Part shown: in pieces, positions 61,542-64,000 of the stretch
Layout of the letters: every line of letters starts with the position of its first letter
Numbering within the stretch: position 1 is the first letter of the stretch
The notes under the pieces: model-generated
The model's database searches: none
Told to the model about the DNA's origin: nothing
Seen by the model: the letters and a program-made list of their open reading frames with translations, nothing else
Origin: Hormiphora californensis
Lineage: Eukaryota > Animalia > Ctenophora
Reading direction: 5' to 3'
Assembly: GCA_020137815.1 (NCBI GenBank)
Contig: CM035353.1
Coordinates: 3,720,001 to 3,784,000, forward strand
DNA: 64,000 nt
Translations under genes and position numbers: made by a program

Positions 61542-64000
61542 GATCTCCTTCTTATTTTGCGTCTATATTGCGTCTTTATCGATTTCGCTCACATGCGGCT
61601 ATAATGCGTCTATAATGCGTCTATACTGCTTCCTTTTATATGCGACAAAGATGCGTTTATAGTTCGCCCAACTGCGCCTCAAATATCGCAGCGTGCGTCT
61701 GAGTACGTCTATAGTGCTTCTTAAAAAAACACGTTTTTTATAGACGCGGCGTCTATAAAAAGCGATTTGCGTTTATAATGCTTCTATCATGCGTCTATAT
61801 GGGTCTATGTAGCGTTTATGGTGCTGCTATAGTCAGTCTATAATGCGTCTATAGTGCGTCTATAAGGTGATTTTGGGGTGGGTAGTGCGCCTATAATGCG
61901 GCTATACTGCGTCGCGTCTATAAAAATGCGTTTATGTTGCTGTTATAATGCGTCTACATTGCGTCTATAGTGCTGCTTACGAAATTGCGTCTATATTGCG
62001 TGTGTCTATAATGCGTCTATAATGCGTTTATAATGCGTTTATAATGCGTCTATAGTACGTGGGTACTGCGTCTATAGTGCGATGCCCGCAAATGCAAAAT
62101 TGCCCCTTTATTTCATCTTTGAGCATAACTTTGTATTATGGCTATAATATATTATCACCCATTCTCCCTCCAGGATCATGGACCTCGTAACAGAGCTTGA
62201 GAAAATCCTCAACGATGAGTCAACCAAGGATGCAGCAACCCAAACCACACCGCAGACAGCTACATCCAACCCGACGCTGGACGAACTTCCTTCACTGATC
62301 AGGAGGCTATTGGCTGAACTGCGACGTCGTTTTAGTCGAATCAAAACAATATGTCTCAAGCAGCTGAGGGCGTACATGATGAGAGGACGGATTCTTTTAG
62401 ATAGAAATGAATTCAATTATTTATGGTGCAATAATACTATTAACTGTTACTTATAATAGCACATTCTTTATTCCCAGGCCAAAAAAAGGGGAGGCGAAAT
62501 CGCGGCGATATGGATTGAGGGATTTCGTGGAACCAGCCTAAATACCTAGGCAAGCCCCAGACGTACTTGACCGCTTTTGCTTTAATTCCGGGCAAAACGA
62601 GGAGAAACGAACACACAGTGACAAACTAGGGTTTTCGTGGACGTCAGCCAAAGTGCTTAGGGGAGTCACAAGCCTTCCTTACCGCATTCTCGGCAATTTA
62701 CCCGGTATCCATGTCCCTAAAGATTTGGAGGAGAGGATCGATCAGGTCGGGCAGGAATGACCTGTCCACAGGTCATTTCTGCTGTGTTATCTGACTACCA
62801 AGCAAAGCCCCCCAGGATCATTCGGATGTTGCAGACGTACTTTACGAGCCAGTATCAGATTTAGAAGAGCTGCAACATGCTGACGAGGAAATGAAAGAAC
62901 CTGATTCGGAACTTTGGCAGTTTGTGGATACGGCTACGAACACTGACCTGACCTTTGGGGTAATAAACATGTTGGAGGCATTCCATATTACGATTAGCCT
63001 AACCATTCAGCAGCAGCCGCTACAGTTCCCTTCTGCATCTCAGCAGCAGCCGCTATATTTATAGGAAAAAAGAGGAAGACAACAAAAAACGGGAGGAGAT
63101 GGAGAGGAAATTAAAGGAAAAGATGGATCAAGAGGAAAAAGAGAGGACAATCAAAGAACTGAGGAGGAAACTGGATAGTTAGGGGCAGCTGTAGTCGAGT
63201 GACTGGGAAAAAATTTGTGACAAGCTGATTTCTTCACTAACGTGTCCCAATGGGTCCCCTCTAGCCCTCGAAAAGTCGGAGAGAGCTCCCCCGTCCTGGA
63301 CGAAATGCCATGCAGGGACAGATTGGCAAAGCCTTTCTGGGATAAGACACTTAACCAAACAGCGAGTGGAAGAAATACACGAGGAAGAACAGGGGAAGCA
63401 AATAGAGACTGTGGATCACGCGATATATTAAGGCTCCGACGTTTAGAGCTCCAGTTTTCGATGTGCACGAAGGAAATAAGTTTCATGGGCAAGGACTTTA
63501 TGTCGCTAGTAAAGTGGACTGATGAGAAGACGGGTCCAAATGGAAGGAATATAGAAATAGAAGTGAATGACAATGCGGTAGATTGGGAAAATTTAATAAG
63601 CACCACGGATGAGATGGAAATTACCTCGACATTTGATGAGCTTTGCAAACTCAACTGTTAAAAACATCTTAGAACCAATTATAGAAAGGTCAGTAAAGAC
63701 TAAAGGGGACAGGATTTGTGGGAGAATGGTCGGCTCTCGTTTTAATTATTATTACACTAGTTTGATGGTCCCACGGAACATAAAGGACATCCTACAGTTA
63801 GGAAATTATCAGGATGGAAGCCGCGACGAGTCCCAGATACAGCAGTTACAGCATCACCTCCAGAATGAGGTAAACAACCTCTTCTGGGTTACCAATGTTG
63901 ATAGAGATTCAGCAGAAGCAATTCAAAGTTTAATTTTTCTAGTTTTCAGCCAATGTGTATTCAGAGAAAAGTTCCGAGAAGATTATGCTGAAATAGCGAG
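59846..64000 (+). pseudogene. Fragmented coding-like region of unknown identity, interrupted by the MULE
   Basis: Several partial ORFs; 60130-60241 duplicated at ~63280-63391; a frame stays open from ~63600 to the window end. Confidence 0.3.
60473..62104. mobile_element. Mutator/Foldback-type element with long subrepeated TIRs and 9-bp TSD
   Basis: CCTTTATTT at 60464-60472 and 62105-62113; ~560-bp arms built of TATAGACGCA repeats. Confidence 0.88.

Overview
Eukaryotic, intron-containing, transposon-rich genomic DNA. It is most likely from a ctenophore of the Pleurobrachia/Hormiphora type; I infer this from recalled repeat families and a ctenophore-type secreted domain, not from a search. Four conserved multi-exon genes lie head-to-tail on the minus strand: TIMM21, MAD1, a cation-dependent mannose-6-phosphate receptor (M6PR), and an SMP+C2 extended-synaptotagmin-like gene. 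Lineage-specific genes are scattered among them, mostly inside their introns: three secreted F-type-lectin-like paralogues, one secreted ctenophore-type domain protein, and two single-exon GPCRs. The lectin paralogues have nearly identical frameworks but strongly divergent predicted ligand-binding loops and unrelated signal peptides. Most genes have an unpaired splice-acceptor-like AG within about 20 nt of the ATG, which suggests spliced-leader trans-splicing and possibly an operon. The rest is nested non-autonomous DNA transposons (many near-perfect palindromes with readable target-site duplications), short retroposon insertions, microsatellites, one 2.6-kb tandem duplication and several noisy low-complexity tracts. 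Exon coordinates were read by eye.
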